The position numbers were made by a program, and so were the translations under genes. From the NCBI GenBank assembly GCA_902514765.1, contig CABXSA010000004.1:1-55926 (forward strand): a stretch of 55,926 bases of DNA, written 5' to 3'. The notes under the pieces are model-generated. The model was not told the DNA's origin. It saw only the letters and a program-made list of their open reading frames with translations, and ran no database searches. Each line of letters starts with the position of its first letter. Position 1 is the stretch's first letter. Below are positions 1 to 15,371 of the stretch, piece by piece. This DNA is from an uncultured SAR86 cluster bacterium (GTDB taxonomy: Bacteria; Pseudomonadota; Gammaproteobacteria; Magnimaribacterales; AG-339-G14).

Positions 1-6
1 AGTATT

Positions 7-2910
<2,904 letters not shown>

Positions 2911-2973
2911 AAATACTTTAAATTAATAAAGTTAAGTCTTTCGAATAATAAGCGCCAAAATTTGCCATTAGCA

Positions 2974-3057
2974 TTTTAAGATAATTATCTTAAAACTTGG
3001 TGCACTAATAATTGATAACATTAATTATTAGTGTCGTAACTAAATAAATTTAGTTAC
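2974..3057. repeat. Three adjacent inverted repeats in the 16S-23S spacer
   Basis: Perfect palindrome TTTTAAGATAATTATCTTAAAA (2974-2995); CACTAATAATT...AATTATTAGTG (3003-3033); GTAACTAAAT-AA-ATTTAGTTAC (3036-3057). Confidence 0.9.
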
Positions 3058-3071
3058 TGGATCAACAATAC

Positions 3072-3083
3072 TTTTAAAGAACA
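3072..3083 (-). promoter_or_regulatory. Spacer boxA antitermination site
   Basis: Minus strand TGTTCTTTAAAA, identical to the leader copy, preceded by a boxB-like hairpin (about 3088-3110). Confidence 0.85.
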
Positions 3084-3160
3084 CATCACTTATTTTCCTA
3101 TGAAAATAGTAAGACAAGTAATTCGAACGGACACTCACAATAAAAGTCGTGTAATTTGTT

Positions 3161-4693
<1,533 letters not shown>

Positions 4694-4818
4694 AATTAAA
4701 CGATTATTTTTTTTAAAAAAATAATAAAAAATGGGTGACTATCAAATTTTGATAATCTAAAAATTGACACTAACCTTTATTAAAATGGTAAGTGCCCGCA
4801 CGAATTACTTGTTTATAG

Positions 4819-4869
4819 TTTTAAAGAACACCCGAGCCTATTTTTCTTAGGCACGAGCGAGCGATTATA
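4819..4869 (-). promoter_or_regulatory. rrn promoter -10, discriminator, boxB and boxA leader
   Basis: Minus strand TATAAT (4864-4869), GC-rich CGCTCGC, a GCCTA/TAGGC hairpin, then boxA TGTTCTTTAAAA (4819-4830). The -35 is weak. Confidence 0.75.
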
Positions 4870-4899
4870 CATGGCTTTGAATAATAAGAAAGCGAAGAT

Positions 4900-6123
4900 T
4901 CAGCCTTTTTTAAGCTTTATTTTTAAGTGCTTAAGCTTCCCTACTTGATAGGTGTTTTCAGACGGATTTTGAACCGAAATAGCATCATCCAAAATCTTAT
5001 TTCCATCTATTTTTACTGCGCCTTGAGCTATCATTCTCCTCGCTTCTGATTTACTTTTACAAAGCTTATGGTCGCCCAGTTCATCTTTGGACAATAGATC
5101 TACAATAGATATTGAAGATGCTTTCATAGATAGCTTAATCGATTTGATTTTTGCTGGATCGTTTCCTTTAGAAAATCTATTTGTGAATTCTTTTTCAGCA
5201 AGAAGTGCTTTTTCTTCGCCATGAAATCTTGTCACAATTTCTATAGCAAGCATTTTTTTTGCTTCCATAGGATTTAAGCCTTGTTTAGTTTTTTTCTTTA
5301 TTTCTTTGATCTCAATAGATGTCTTGAAACTTAGCAAATTGAAGTATCGCCACATTAAGTCATCTGAGACTGACATAATTTTGCCAAACATATCGTTTGG
5401 ACTTTCTTGCAGGCCGATATAATTATTTAAGGATTTTGACATTTTCTTGACGCCATCCGTCCCTTCCAAAATTGGCAGAGTCATAATGATCTGCTCTTCC
5501 ATACCGAAAGATTTTTGAATATCTCTACCTACTAAAAGATTAAACTTTTGATCAGTTCCGCCAAGCTCTACATCTGATTTAAGCTCAAAAGAATCATATC
5601 CTTGGACAAGAGGATAGATAAATTCATGAATTGAGATGGGTTTATTCCCTTTATACCTTTTACTGAAATCGTCTCTTTCAAGCATGCGAGCAACTGTCAT
5701 TTTTGAGCTTAAATTAATGAGCTCTGCACTAGTCATTTTCTTAAACCAAGAGGAATTGAACTCAATTTTTGTTTTTTTCTTATCTAAAATTTTGAAAATC
5801 TGTTCTTGATAGGTTTCAGAATTTTTTTTAAGTTGCTCTACCGTTAAAATTGGACGAGTTTCACTAACACCTGACGGATCGCCTATCATTCCAGTGAAAT
5901 CTCCAATTAAAAAGACTACCTGATGTCCAAGATCTTGAAATTGTTTTAATTTATTGATCAAAACAGTATGGCCTAAGTGTAAATCAGGAGCAGTTGGATC
6001 AAATCCAGCTTTGATAATTAAAGGTTTATTTTTATTTAGCTTTTTTTCTAAACCTTTTTCAGGGATGACTTCTTCTACCCCGCGTTTTAATATTTCTAAT
6101 TTTTCTGAAGTTGATAAACTCAT
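4900..6123 (-). CDS. tyrS: Tyrosine--tRNA ligase
   Basis: [13 protein letters not shown] (HIGH) and KMSKS motifs; C-terminal S4-like domain. Confidence 0.98.
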   Translation of the reverse strand: MSLSTSEKLEILKRGVEEVIPEKGLEKKLNKNKPLIIKAGFDPTAPDLHLGHTVLINKLKQFQDLGHQVVFLIGDFTGMIGDPSGVSETRPILTVEQLKKNSETYQEQIFKILDKKKTKIEFNSSWFKKMTSAELINLSSKMTVARMLERDDFSKRYKGNKPISIHEFIYPLVQGYDSFELKSDVELGGTDQKFNLLVGRDIQKSFGMEEQIIMTLPILEGTDGVKKMSKSLNNYIGLQESPNDMFGKIMSVSDDLMWRYFNLLSFKTSIEIKEIKKKTKQGLNPMEAKKMLAIEIVTRFHGEEKALLAEKEFTNRFSKGNDPAKIKSIKLSMKASSISIVDLLSKDELGDHKLCKSKSEARRMIAQGAVKIDGNKILDDAISVQNPSENTYQVGKLKHLKIKLKKG

Positions 6124-6187
6124 GAATGTAATTATTTATTTCTCAAAAATTTATATATTTCTTTGAAATGATACTCTAAAAATGTAA

Positions 6188-7474
6188 ATGAAAAATTTAA
6201 TTCTTGATATTAAGTATTATTTGCTCTTTCTATTAGTTGTATTAGCTGCATTCTATTTGTATTTAAATTTTGGAATAAATTTCAATAAGAATTACTCTCC
6301 AGAAATAATTGCAGATGCCTCTTTTAGAGACGAAATAACTCTGAAAGAGAATCAAAGCGAGCAAATCTTTAAAGGAGCCTTATCAAAAAAAATAAAAGTA
6401 GATAAAAATGACACTTTAATAAAGATATTAAGCTCTAATGAAGTAGAAAATAAGTACATAAAAGCCTTAATAAAAACCAAAGGTTCTGAGAAGCTTGCCA
6501 ATATAAAAACCGGCGATATTGTAGAAATCTCATTCACTGAAAACAAAATACCTAGAGAAATATTTGTGACCAGAAATGGTTTGAAGGGGGTTTTGGCAGA
6601 ATTCAAAGACAAAACTTACTCCATTGAAAATCATGAAAGAATTCCAGAGGTAATTGAAAGATTTGCATCTGTGACCATTGATGAATCTTTATATCAATCT
6701 GCTTTAAAAGAAGGAATATCAGATAGCGTAATTATGGATTTAGTTTTTATATTTGGCTGGGACATAGATTTTGTTTTTGATATTAGATCAGGAGATAGTT
6801 TTGAAATTCTTTATGAAGAATATTTTTATAAAGGAGAAAAAGTCAAAAATGGAGATATTAAAGCTGCAAGATTTAAAAGAGGAAAAAAAGTTTTTTCAGC
6901 GATAAGATTCTTTTCCAACGTGTCAGGTACAAAAGAGTATTTTTCAACTAGAGGAGAAAATGTCAAGAAAGCTTTTTTAAGAACGCCTGTCGAATTTTCT
7001 TACATAAGTTCTCGTTACAACCTCAAAAGAAAACATCCGGTATTGAATAAAATTAGAGCTCATACAGGTGTAGATTATGCAGCGCCCACTGGAACTCCAG
7101 TAAGATCAACAAGTTCAGGAACAGTATCTTTCATTGGTAACAAAGGTGGATATGGGAAGCTGATTGAAGTGAAGCATTCTGAAGACTACTCTACTCGCTA
7201 TGCTCACTTATCAAAATTCAATCCGAGACTGAGTAATGGTTCAAAGGTTGAGCAAGGTGAGACTATTGGATACGTTGGCCAAACAGGATTAGCAACAGGT
7301 CCGCACTTACACTATGAATTTAGAGTTGGAGGTAATCACACTAATCCCTTGACCGTTAAGCTGCCGGATGCAAAACCAATATCGGAAGTTGAAAAAAAAG
7401 AATTTTTTGATCACGCCATAAAAATGATCAATAGACTTGATGAGCTATTTCTTAAATTTTATGCCGAAGTCTGA
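6188..7474 (+). CDS. M23 family peptidoglycan endopeptidase (MepM-like)
   Basis: N-terminal TM segment; HTGVD and HLHYE zinc motifs; tyrS/M23/anmK synteny. Confidence 0.93.
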   Translation: MKNLILDIKYYLLFLLVVLAAFYLYLNFGINFNKNYSPEIIADASFRDEITLKENQSEQIFKGALSKKIKVDKNDTLIKILSSNEVENKYIKALIKTKGSEKLANIKTGDIVEISFTENKIPREIFVTRNGLKGVLAEFKDKTYSIENHERIPEVIERFASVTIDESLYQSALKEGISDSVIMDLVFIFGWDIDFVFDIRSGDSFEILYEEYFYKGEKVKNGDIKAARFKRGKKVFSAIRFFSNVSGTKEYFSTRGENVKKAFLRTPVEFSYISSRYNLKRKHPVLNKIRAHTGVDYAAPTGTPVRSTSSGTVSFIGNKGGYGKLIEVKHSEDYSTRYAHLSKFNPRLSNGSKVEQGETIGYVGQTGLATGPHLHYEFRVGGNHTNPLTVKLPDAKPISEVEKKEFFDHAIKMINRLDELFLKFYAEV

Positions 7475-8582
7475 TTTATACATCGGGGTTCTCTCTGGAA
7501 CTTCAGCAGATTCTATAGATGCTTTATTAGTTGATTTTTCAAACTCGATTAAAGTTATTGATCGTTTTTCAAAAAAAATACCTAAAGCAGTTAAAAATAA
7601 AATATTTGAACTTGTCCTAAATAAAGAAATTCCTAACTACGCTAACCGACAAATGGAGTTAGATGACATTCTAGGTGAACTCATAGGTAAATCTGTTAAC
7701 CAATTAATTAAAAGAACTAAGATAGATAAGCAAATGGTTAAAGCCATTGGAAGTCATGGGCAGACCATAAAACACAGCTCTTCGAGAAAAAATCCCTTTA
7801 GTTTGCAAATTGGAAATCCAGAGTTAGTCAGAAAGCTTACAGGCATCAAAGTAGTTTATGGGTTCCGACAAAGCGATATAGCAAACGGGGGAATGGGTGC
7901 TCCCCTAACACCAGCTTTTCATAATGAGTTTATGTCTCAAGCAAAAGTTAATCGTGCAATTGTTAATATTGGCGGAATAACGAACGTAACTTTGCTGCCT
8001 GCAAAAGGAAAAGTTCTTGGATGGGATATTGGACCTGGAAATTGCTTTATAGATCAAGCCATGAAAAATCTTACTAATGGAAAAAAACAATTTGATAACA
8101 AGGGATTCCTGGCAAAGAAAGGAAATCCTCAAGTATTGAAAAATACCATCAAGAAATTTCTCAATGAGAGTTACTTTAAAAAATCAATTCCTAAAAGTCA
8201 GACAATTGAAAATTATGATTTAAGAAAATTTAGATTTGATCCATTAGAAATAAAGAAGCTAAAAGACGAAGACTTAATTTCAGGCTTAACCGAGATTACA
8301 TTTCAATCAATTTTAAGAGAGCTAAAGAAATACTGTAATAAAAAATATGAGATTTACTTTTGTGGTGGTGGAACAAAAAATAATTATTTAATGGGTAGAT
8401 TTAATGAGCTCAATATAGAAAATCTGCAATTCTTTAAAACTTCAGATTTAGGAATTGACCCACTTGATGTAGAAGCTATGACTTTTGCCTGGTTGGCAAA
8501 GAAAAGACTAGAAAAACAAAAAATTAAGCTAACAAGCGTAACCGGATCTAAACCTTGTTTGATGGGCGAAGTAATAAACTAA
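7461..8582 (+). CDS. anmK: Anhydro-N-acetylmuramic acid kinase
   Basis: [42 protein letters not shown] motifs; start moved to ATG 7461. Confidence 0.95.
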   Translation: MPKSDLYIGVLSGTSADSIDALLVDFSNSIKVIDRFSKKIPKAVKNKIFELVLNKEIPNYANRQMELDDILGELIGKSVNQLIKRTKIDKQMVKAIGSHGQTIKHSSSRKNPFSLQIGNPELVRKLTGIKVVYGFRQSDIANGGMGAPLTPAFHNEFMSQAKVNRAIVNIGGITNVTLLPAKGKVLGWDIGPGNCFIDQAMKNLTNGKKQFDNKGFLAKKGNPQVLKNTIKKFLNESYFKKSIPKSQTIENYDLRKFRFDPLEIKKLKDEDLISGLTEITFQSILRELKKYCNKKYEIYFCGGGTKNNYLMGRFNELNIENLQFFKTSDLGIDPLDVEAMTFAWLAKKRLEKQKIKLTSVTGSKPCLMGEVIN

Positions 8583-8926
8583 ATTGAAAAGGAAGCTCCA
8601 CAACCACAGGTTGTAGTTGCATTTGGATTTTCAATTATGAATTTAGATCCTTCTAAATTTTCTACATAATCCAAAGTTGATCCAAAAAGGTATTGAATAC
8701 TTAGAGAATCAATCAATACCGATACTTCGTCTTCTTTCAAGACCGTATCATCGTCTTCAGCATTATCATCTAACTTAAAACCATATTGAAAACCTGAACA
8801 ACCTCCTCCGGTAACAAAAACCCTGAGGTGAAGATTTTTTTTGTTTTCTTCAGCTATAAGGTTTTTAACCTTTAAAACAGCATTTTCAGTAATGTTAAGT
8901 TCTTTTGGGACAAATTTTTCAACCAT
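8579..8926 (-). CDS. erpA: Fe-S cluster insertion protein ErpA
   Basis: GGGCSGFQY and [14 protein letters not shown] motifs. Confidence 0.95.
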   Translation of the reverse strand: MVEKFVPKELNITENAVLKVKNLIAEENKKNLHLRVFVTGGGCSGFQYGFKLDDNAEDDDTVLKEDEVSVLIDSLSIQYLFGSTLDYVENLEGSKFIIENPNATTTCGCGASFSI

Positions 8927-8927
8927 A

Positions 8928-9908
8928 TCAGCTACTCATTATATCCAAACATTGTATAGCTTGGCTTGCGGCACCCTTTAAAAGGTTATCAATTGCCGAA
9001 TTAACAACAATTGTATTACTTTGAAAAGCATATGAAACGGATATATCGCAATAGAATGTATTAATTACATCTTTGATTTCAGCAATTTCTCCCTTTTCTT
9101 TAACCCTCACTAATTTATGCTTCACATAATAACTTTCATACAATTCATTTAGGTCTAAATCATTTTGGCTGACTTCACAATAAAGCGTCACGTATTCTCC
9201 TCTAAAAAGCGGCAAAAGATGTGGGATGAAAATGATTTCATGATCAAGATTGAATTCCATTTTTAAGAAATCTTTAATTTCCGGTTGGTGTCTATGAAAA
9301 CCAACATTATAAGATTTAAAATTTTCTTTGATATCCTCTTCAAGACCATTTTCTACGGAAGATTTGCCGGCACCACTTATTCCAGATTTAGCATCCAAAA
9401 TAATTTTTGAATTTTTTTGTAGGTGTGGAATGACTGGAAGCAATCCAAGTATGGAAGCAGTAGGATAACATCCAGGTACTGCAACTAAATTTGCTGCTTT
9501 AATTTTTTCTGCAGAATGTTCAGGTAAGCCATAAATAGCTTGAGGTAAAAGATCATCTGCCCTATGTTTGCTGTCATAAGTTTCTTGCCAAAGTTTTCCA
9601 TTTGATAGTCTAAAATCCGCTGATAGATCAATAACCTTTATCCCCTTTTTTAAAATCTTTGGAACATAGTCCATTGAGTAGTCATGTTTGGTCGCAAAAA
9701 AAACATAATCAAGATTTTCAGGCATTTGATCTATAGGTTGTAATACTAATTTACTATTCGTTTCAGGATGAACCTCTTTATATTGCTTTCCTTCATGCGA
9801 AAAAGAAGAGACAAAGGTAAGGCTCAAATCTTTCCTAGATTCGATGATTGAAGCAAGCTCCTCTCCAACATAGCCTGTGGCGCCTACTATTCCAATATTT
9901 AAAGACAT
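8928..9908 (-). CDS. argC: N-acetyl-gamma-glutamyl-phosphate reductase
   Basis: [35 protein letters not shown] motifs. Confidence 0.96.
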   Translation of the reverse strand: MSLNIGIVGATGYVGEELASIIESRKDLSLTFVSSFSHEGKQYKEVHPETNSKLVLQPIDQMPENLDYVFFATKHDYSMDYVPKILKKGIKVIDLSADFRLSNGKLWQETYDSKHRADDLLPQAIYGLPEHSAEKIKAANLVAVPGCYPTASILGLLPVIPHLQKNSKIILDAKSGISGAGKSSVENGLEEDIKENFKSYNVGFHRHQPEIKDFLKMEFNLDHEIIFIPHLLPLFRGEYVTLYCEVSQNDLDLNELYESYYVKHKLVRVKEKGEIAEIKDVINTFYCDISVSYAFQSNTIVVNSAIDNLLKGAASQAIQCLDIMSS

Positions 9909-9949
9909 TTATTTATTTTTAATTTTGCAAAAACATTATACTTTATTGC

Positions 9950-10711
9950 ATGATCAAGGATGACAACCTAATTTTATCTATTGCCGGACACGACCCCACG
10001 GGTGGAGCTGGAATTCAAGTTGATGCACAAATTGCAAATCATCACGGCAAGCATTGTCTCTCAATTCTTACTTGTGAGACTATTCAAAATTTAAAAAGTT
10101 TTGAAAAAATTATTCCTGAAGAAGAGAAATATATTCAAGAATCTTTTAACAATCTTTTAAAAAACTTTTCACTGAAGTATTTCAAGATTGGCTTGGTCCC
10201 AAACATCAAAATAGCTCATAAATTGGGCAGCTTAATTGCTTCAAACAAACCTGAATTAGTAGTCATTGATCCCATTTTGAAATCTGGAACTGGAAAAAAG
10301 CTTTTTCTGAAAAAAGATATGAATTCACTAATTCAAAAGCTCTATAAGAAAGCAACTTTATTGACACCAAACATATACGAATTAAAAACATTAACAAACA
10401 AACAAAATATTTTTGACAGTATTTCATTTTTAAACGACCAAGGCATTGAAAACGTTTATGTAACTGGAGAATTAAAAAAAGGAAAAATTAGAAATCATCT
10501 CTACTCAAAAGGAGAGTTAGTAAATATTGATGAAGTTCCTAAGATTAAAACTACCATTCACGGTAGCGGGTGTGCTTTATCAACATCCATCCTATGCTTT
10601 TTGGTAAATAAAAAAAGTTTGAAGGATGCTTGTTCGAAGTCACAAAACCTCATGAAAGTTTTAGTTAAAAGCTCAAGAAATCATATTCATCAGAATATTC
10701 TTAAAATCTAA
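9950..10711 (+). CDS. thiD: Hydroxymethylpyrimidine/phosphomethylpyrimidine kinase
   Basis: IAGHDPTGGAGIQVD, TPNIYE, HGSGCALS motifs. Confidence 0.9.
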   Translation: MIKDDNLILSIAGHDPTGGAGIQVDAQIANHHGKHCLSILTCETIQNLKSFEKIIPEEEKYIQESFNNLLKNFSLKYFKIGLVPNIKIAHKLGSLIASNKPELVVIDPILKSGTGKKLFLKKDMNSLIQKLYKKATLLTPNIYELKTLTNKQNIFDSISFLNDQGIENVYVTGELKKGKIRNHLYSKGELVNIDEVPKIKTTIHGSGCALSTSILCFLVNKKSLKDACSKSQNLMKVLVKSSRNHIHQNILKI

Positions 10712-10713
10712 TA

Positions 10714-11340
10714 ATGATCCAAGGACTTTATGCAATTACCCCTTCTGGCTTGGAAGAAAACGATTTGCTTTCTAAAACCGAAGTCTTACTCAAAGAAGGG
10801 ATTAAACTCATTCAGTACAGAGACAAAATTCTTGATAAAAAGACTTTTCAAGAAAAAGCTCATGCGCTTTTGAAACTAACTAAAAAATATGAAGCTATGT
10901 TAATTATCAATGATCACGTTGAAATTTGCTTGGAAATAAGTGCCGATGGTTTTCACCTAGGTTTAGAAGATTACTCATCTAAAGGAAACATAGAGCTCTT
11001 AAAAAAGAATAAAGAATTTATTTCAAAAAATTTGATATGCGGCTTATCTTGCAAATGGAATAAGGAGCTGGTGGTCAATCCTCCTGAAAATGAAATCAAA
11101 TGGACTTATTTGGCAGTTGGGTCTTTTTATCCATCCAATACTAAGTCAACTATTCCGGAGACAAATGAGAACGTAAAAAGAAAATTCCTAAGCTATACTG
11201 ATAAGCCTCTAGTAGCTATTGGAGGTATCAATGAAAAAAATATCGGGGAAGTTAGAAGTTTAGGCTATTCTTGTTTTGCTCTAAGCGAGGCCCTCTTTAG
11301 AAACCCTAAACATCTTTTAAATGAGTATAAAAGGTTATGA
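10714..11340 (+). CDS. thiE: Thiamine-phosphate synthase
   Basis: GLYAIT, IQYRDK, LIINDH, ADGFHLG, VAIGGI motifs. Confidence 0.9.
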   Translation: MIQGLYAITPSGLEENDLLSKTEVLLKEGIKLIQYRDKILDKKTFQEKAHALLKLTKKYEAMLIINDHVEICLEISADGFHLGLEDYSSKGNIELLKKNKEFISKNLICGLSCKWNKELVVNPPENEIKWTYLAVGSFYPSNTKSTIPETNENVKRKFLSYTDKPLVAIGGINEKNIGEVRSLGYSCFALSEALFRNPKHLLNEYKRL

Positions 11341-12317
11341 AAGTTATTGGTTTTGGCGCAGCACTAGTCGATAAGCAATTTCTTATCAAAGATGATGCGC
11401 TAAATGCTCTAGGTATAGAAAAAGGTTTAATGACTTTAAATTCTGAAGAAGAGCAGAATGAGCTTCTTACTTTTCTACAAAATCAAAATTACGAACAAAT
11501 ATCTTCGTGTGGTGGGTCAGCAACTAATAGTATTTATGCAGCTGCAGCTTTGGGGACTAGTTCTGGCTTCATTGGCAAAGTTGCACAAGATAATGATGGC
11601 GAAATCTATAACACTGATTTGAAAGACAATAACATTGAAATATCAAATTGCATCACATCATCAAATGGTAAAACCGGTAACTGCATTGTTTTAATTACTC
11701 CCGATGCAGAAAGAACGATGAATACTTATCTGGGAGTAAGTTCTGAAACAAAATTTTCTGAAATAAATTTCGAGCAAGTTTCTTTAACAAATCTGCTCTT
11801 TATGGAAGCTTATGTGGTTACTTCGCCTGATACAAAAGATACCGCGAAGAAACTCATCAAAAGCTGTCACGAATCCAATATCAAAATAGCTTTGAGTCTT
11901 TCTGATCCTGGAATTGTGGCAGGTTTTAAAGATGAGCTGAAATCTTGGATGAACGTGAAAATAGATTACGTGTTTTGTAACCATGAAGAAGCAAAAACTT
12001 TTTGTGATGCCAATGAGTTCGATGACTTACAAAACTATGCAAAAACAATTTTTATCACTAACGGAGTGAACCCAACTGTTGTTCTTGAAGAAAATCAAAC
12101 CTATGAGGTATCTGCTTATAAAGCAAAGGCAGTTGACACCAATGGTGCTGGAGACATGTTTGCGGGAGGCGTAATTCACGGTTTAAGCGAAGGCTGGGAA
12201 AATGCTGAATCAGTAAGATTTGGCAACTTTTTAGCCTCAAAAGGAGTTGCTGAAATTGGACCAAGACTTAAAAAAAATAAATACATGGAATATTTAAAGG
12301 AGTTCTCTAAAAAATAA
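11337..12317 (+). CDS. PfkB family sugar/adenosine kinase
   Basis: GGSATN, DAERTMNTYLG, DTNGAGDMFAGG motifs. Confidence 0.88.
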   Translation: MKVIGFGAALVDKQFLIKDDALNALGIEKGLMTLNSEEEQNELLTFLQNQNYEQISSCGGSATNSIYAAAALGTSSGFIGKVAQDNDGEIYNTDLKDNNIEISNCITSSNGKTGNCIVLITPDAERTMNTYLGVSSETKFSEINFEQVSLTNLLFMEAYVVTSPDTKDTAKKLIKSCHESNIKIALSLSDPGIVAGFKDELKSWMNVKIDYVFCNHEEAKTFCDANEFDDLQNYAKTIFITNGVNPTVVLEENQTYEVSAYKAKAVDTNGAGDMFAGGVIHGLSEGWENAESVRFGNFLASKGVAEIGPRLKKNKYMEYLKEFSKK

Positions 12318-12370
12318 AAAATTAACTGGATACTTTCATCTTCTTTTGATAAATTCTTGTCTTCAAAATT

Positions 12371-12979
12371 ATGGTTACTAAAAATTCCAAAAAACCAACC
12401 AAAGTAAAAAAACCTGCTGCTAAAAAAGTAACTAAGGTACAAAAAAAACCAGTAAAAAAACCTGCTGCGAAGAAACCAGTAAAACCAGTAAAAAAGGCAG
12501 CTTCTACTAAAAAAGTACCTAAGAAAGTAGCAGTCAAAGCCAGTGCTTCTCCAACGGATTTTTCAGCTTTCTTAAAGAATTTCCAGCCTTACAGGTCAAA
12601 GAAGTCAGAAAAATACATGAACAAAAATCAGCAGAAGCATTTTCTAGGAATGCTGACTGCTTGGAAAGAAGCTCTTATTGAAGAACAAGAAAAAACTGAA
12701 CAATTAATTCAACAAGATCAAAGTAATTTTCCAGATTCTTTGGATCGTGCTGCTAAAGAAGAAGAATTTATGTTGGAATTGAGAAAAAGAGAAAGAGAGC
12801 GAAAACTCATAGCAAAGATTGATCTTTCTCTGAAAGATTTAGAAGATAATCTTTACGGTTATTGTGAATCCTGCGGTGTTGAAATTGGTATCAAAAGATT
12901 GGAAGCCAGACCCACTGCAACGAAATGCATTGATTGCAAAACCGTCGACGAAATTAAAGAAAAACAACAGTTCGGTTAA
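12371..12979 (+). CDS. dksA: RNA polymerase-binding factor DksA with Lys/Ala/Pro-rich N-terminal extension
   Basis: DSLDRA coiled-coil tip, YGYCESCG...RLEARP...CIDCK zinc finger. Confidence 0.95.
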   Translation: MVTKNSKKPTKVKKPAAKKVTKVQKKPVKKPAAKKPVKPVKKAASTKKVPKKVAVKASASPTDFSAFLKNFQPYRSKKSEKYMNKNQQKHFLGMLTAWKEALIEEQEKTEQLIQQDQSNFPDSLDRAAKEEEFMLELRKRERERKLIAKIDLSLKDLEDNLYGYCESCGVEIGIKRLEARPTATKCIDCKTVDEIKEKQQFG

Positions 12980-13419
12980 TGTCTTCGCATCTTGCGTACT
13001 TGGTTTTAGGTTCTAACTTAGGGAATCGGTCAACAAATCTTGCAAATGCCAAGACAGCAATAAGCGCACTTTCTGAAACAAAAATTCTAAAAGAAAGCGA
13101 AATCTATAAGTCTCCTGCTTATGGCCCAATCGACCAGCCATTTTTTTTCAATCTTGCTTTGGAAGTTGAAACGAAGCTCACGCCTTTGGTACTTCTTGAG
13201 CAGCTACAAAAAATTGAAACGAAACTCAAACGCGAAAAAGATTCTCACATGAAACCTCGAACCATTGATATCGATATTGTATTTTTTGATAATGAAACAA
13301 TAGAAACGCCTCTTTTAAAAGTGCCGCACTACGATTGGCAAAATCGAGACTTTTTCATAATCCCGCTCAAAGAAATAAATTGCCAAGCTCAAGAATTTAA
13401 AAACTTTAGCTTTGACTAA
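12979..13419 (+). CDS. folK: 2-amino-4-hydroxy-6-hydroxymethyldihydropteridine diphosphokinase
   Basis: LGSNLG, PRTIDIDI, VPH motifs. Confidence 0.93.
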   Translation: MSSHLAYLVLGSNLGNRSTNLANAKTAISALSETKILKESEIYKSPAYGPIDQPFFFNLALEVETKLTPLVLLEQLQKIETKLKREKDSHMKPRTIDIDIVFFDNETIETPLLKVPHYDWQNRDFFIIPLKEINCQAQEFKNFSFD

Positions 13420-13442
13420 AGTTTTCAAGATAGAATTGTTTA

Positions 13443-15371
13443 ATGAAAACTTATTCGGTAAGCGAAGCAAAAAAGAAAAATTCCATAATCTCTGAAGAAG
13501 ATTTCAATACTGAATATCAAGAGTCAATAATTAATCCAGAGAGTTTTTGGCAAAAAAAAGCTGAAGAAACCTTAGACTGGTTTTCAAATTGGGATGAAGT
13601 GGCTGCATCTGACATGGAAGCCGGCGAAGTAGCTTGGTTTAAAACAGGAAAATTGAATGCTTGCTTTAATTGTGTTGACCGTCACTTGGAAACGCATGCG
13701 AACAAAACTGCAATTATTTGGGAAGGCGATGATCCTAATGACAATAAAGAAATTTCCTTTCAAGAGTTGCATGAAAAAGTTTGTCAGTTCGCCAACCTCT
13801 TAAAATCCAGAAATATAAAAAAAGGTGATCGAGTTTGCATTTACATGCCGATGATTCCTGAGGCAGCCTATGCCATGTTGGCTTGTGCAAGAATTGGTGC
13901 AATTCACTCCGTGGTTTTTGGAGGATTTTCCATAGAATCCCTGAAAGATAGAATTTTAGACTCAGATTGCACTGCAGTCATAACTGCAAATGAAGGAATC
14001 CGAGGAGGAAAACGTGTCCCTCTAAAAAATAATGTGGATGAAGCTCTTAAGGCCTGTCCTAATGTGCACAGTGTAATAGTCGTAAATCGAACGGAAAGCG
14101 CTCTCATTAAAGAAAATGAAGTGGATGTCGACTATTACCAGGACATTGAAAATTTTGATGCAGATTGCCCTTGTGAAGAGATGAATGCCGAAGACCCGCT
14201 TTTCATTCTTTATACCTCGGGCTCAACAGGAAAACCCAAAGGAGTCCTCCATACCACCGGAGGATATTTGTTGGGTGCCGCTTTGAGTCACAAATACATT
14301 TTCAATTTAAAAGAAGACAGCATTTACTGGTGCACCGCGGACGTCGGCTGGGTTACAGGTCATACTTATATTGTCTATGGTCCTTTAGCAAATGCCTCAA
14401 CCACTTTGATGTTTGAGGGCATACCGACATTCCCCGATGTTTCTAGATTCTGGAATGTAATTGATAAACATCAAGTTAATATTTTCTACACCGCTCCTAC
14501 TGCGATCAGAGCGCTTATGGCTCATGGCAATGAGCCTTTGCAATCCTCTTCGAGAGATTCTTTGGAAGTATTGGGTACAGTCGGAGAACCTATAAATCCA
14601 GAAGCCTGGGAGTGGTATTACCATGAGGTTGGCAAAGGCAAATGCCCAATAGTCGATACTTGGTGGCAAACCGAGACTGGCAGCATCATGATTTCCGGTT
14701 TGGCGGGATTTTCTGATCAAAAACCAGGTTGTGCAGGTAAACCTTTCCTTGGGATCACCCCTACGCTTGTGGATGAAGAAGGCAAAGAAATTGAAGGACC
14801 GGGTAAAGGTAATCTGGTTGTCAAAAGTTCTTGGCCATCACAAATCAGAACGGTTTATGGCGATCATCAAAGATGTGTCGAAACCTATTATGCAACTTAC
14901 AAAGGTTTTTATTTCACAGGAGATGGCGCTGAGCGAGATGCGGATGGTTTTTATAGAATTACAGGACGAGTTGATGATGTCTTAAATGTCTCTGGGCATC
15001 GCTTAGGTACTGCAGAGATAGAAAGTGCTTTGGTTTTACACGAAGCAGTCGCAGAAGCTGCAGTAGTTGGTTTTGAACATGAAATCAAAGGACAAGGAAT
15101 TTATTGTTATGTGAACCTTATGAAAGAAGCACAAGCTTCGGATGAAATCCATCAAGAATTAATTGGACTCATCGTCAAAGAAATTGGTCCCATTGCAAAA
15201 CCGGATTCCATTCAATTCTGTTACGATTTACCCAAAACCCGATCAGGAAAAATTATGCGTAGGATTTTGAGAAAAATTGCAGAAAATGAATTGGACAATT
15301 TGGGAGATACCACCACACTTGCTGATCCTGGTATCGTAGACATCTTGATTAAAGAAAGATTAAATAAATAA
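13443..15371 (+). CDS. acs: Acetyl-CoA synthetase
   Basis: [31 protein letters not shown] motifs. Confidence 0.98.
   Translation: MKTYSVSEAKKKNSIISEEDFNTEYQESIINPESFWQKKAEETLDWFSNWDEVAASDMEAGEVAWFKTGKLNACFNCVDRHLETHANKTAIIWEGDDPNDNKEISFQELHEKVCQFANLLKSRNIKKGDRVCIYMPMIPEAAYAMLACARIGAIHSVVFGGFSIESLKDRILDSDCTAVITANEGIRGGKRVPLKNNVDEALKACPNVHSVIVVNRTESALIKENEVDVDYYQDIENFDADCPCEEMNAEDPLFILYTSGSTGKPKGVLHTTGGYLLGAALSHKYIFNLKEDSIYWCTADVGWVTGHTYIVYGPLANASTTLMFEGIPTFPDVSRFWNVIDKHQVNIFYTAPTAIRALMAHGNEPLQSSSRDSLEVLGTVGEPINPEAWEWYYHEVGKGKCPIVDTWWQTETGSIMISGLAGFSDQKPGCAGKPFLGITPTLVDEEGKEIEGPGKGNLVVKSSWPSQIRTVYGDHQRCVETYYATYKGFYFTGDGAERDADGFYRITGRVDDVLNVSGHRLGTAEIESALVLHEAVAEAAVVGFEHEIKGQGIYCYVNLMKEAQASDEIHQELIGLIVKEIGPIAKPDSIQFCYDLPKTRSGKIMRRILRKIAENELDNLGDTTTLADPGIVDILIKERLNK

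Noticed and set aside
9909-9949. Possible TPP riboswitch before thiD
   Set aside because: Only 41 bp of AT-rich spacer; no room and no conserved motif.
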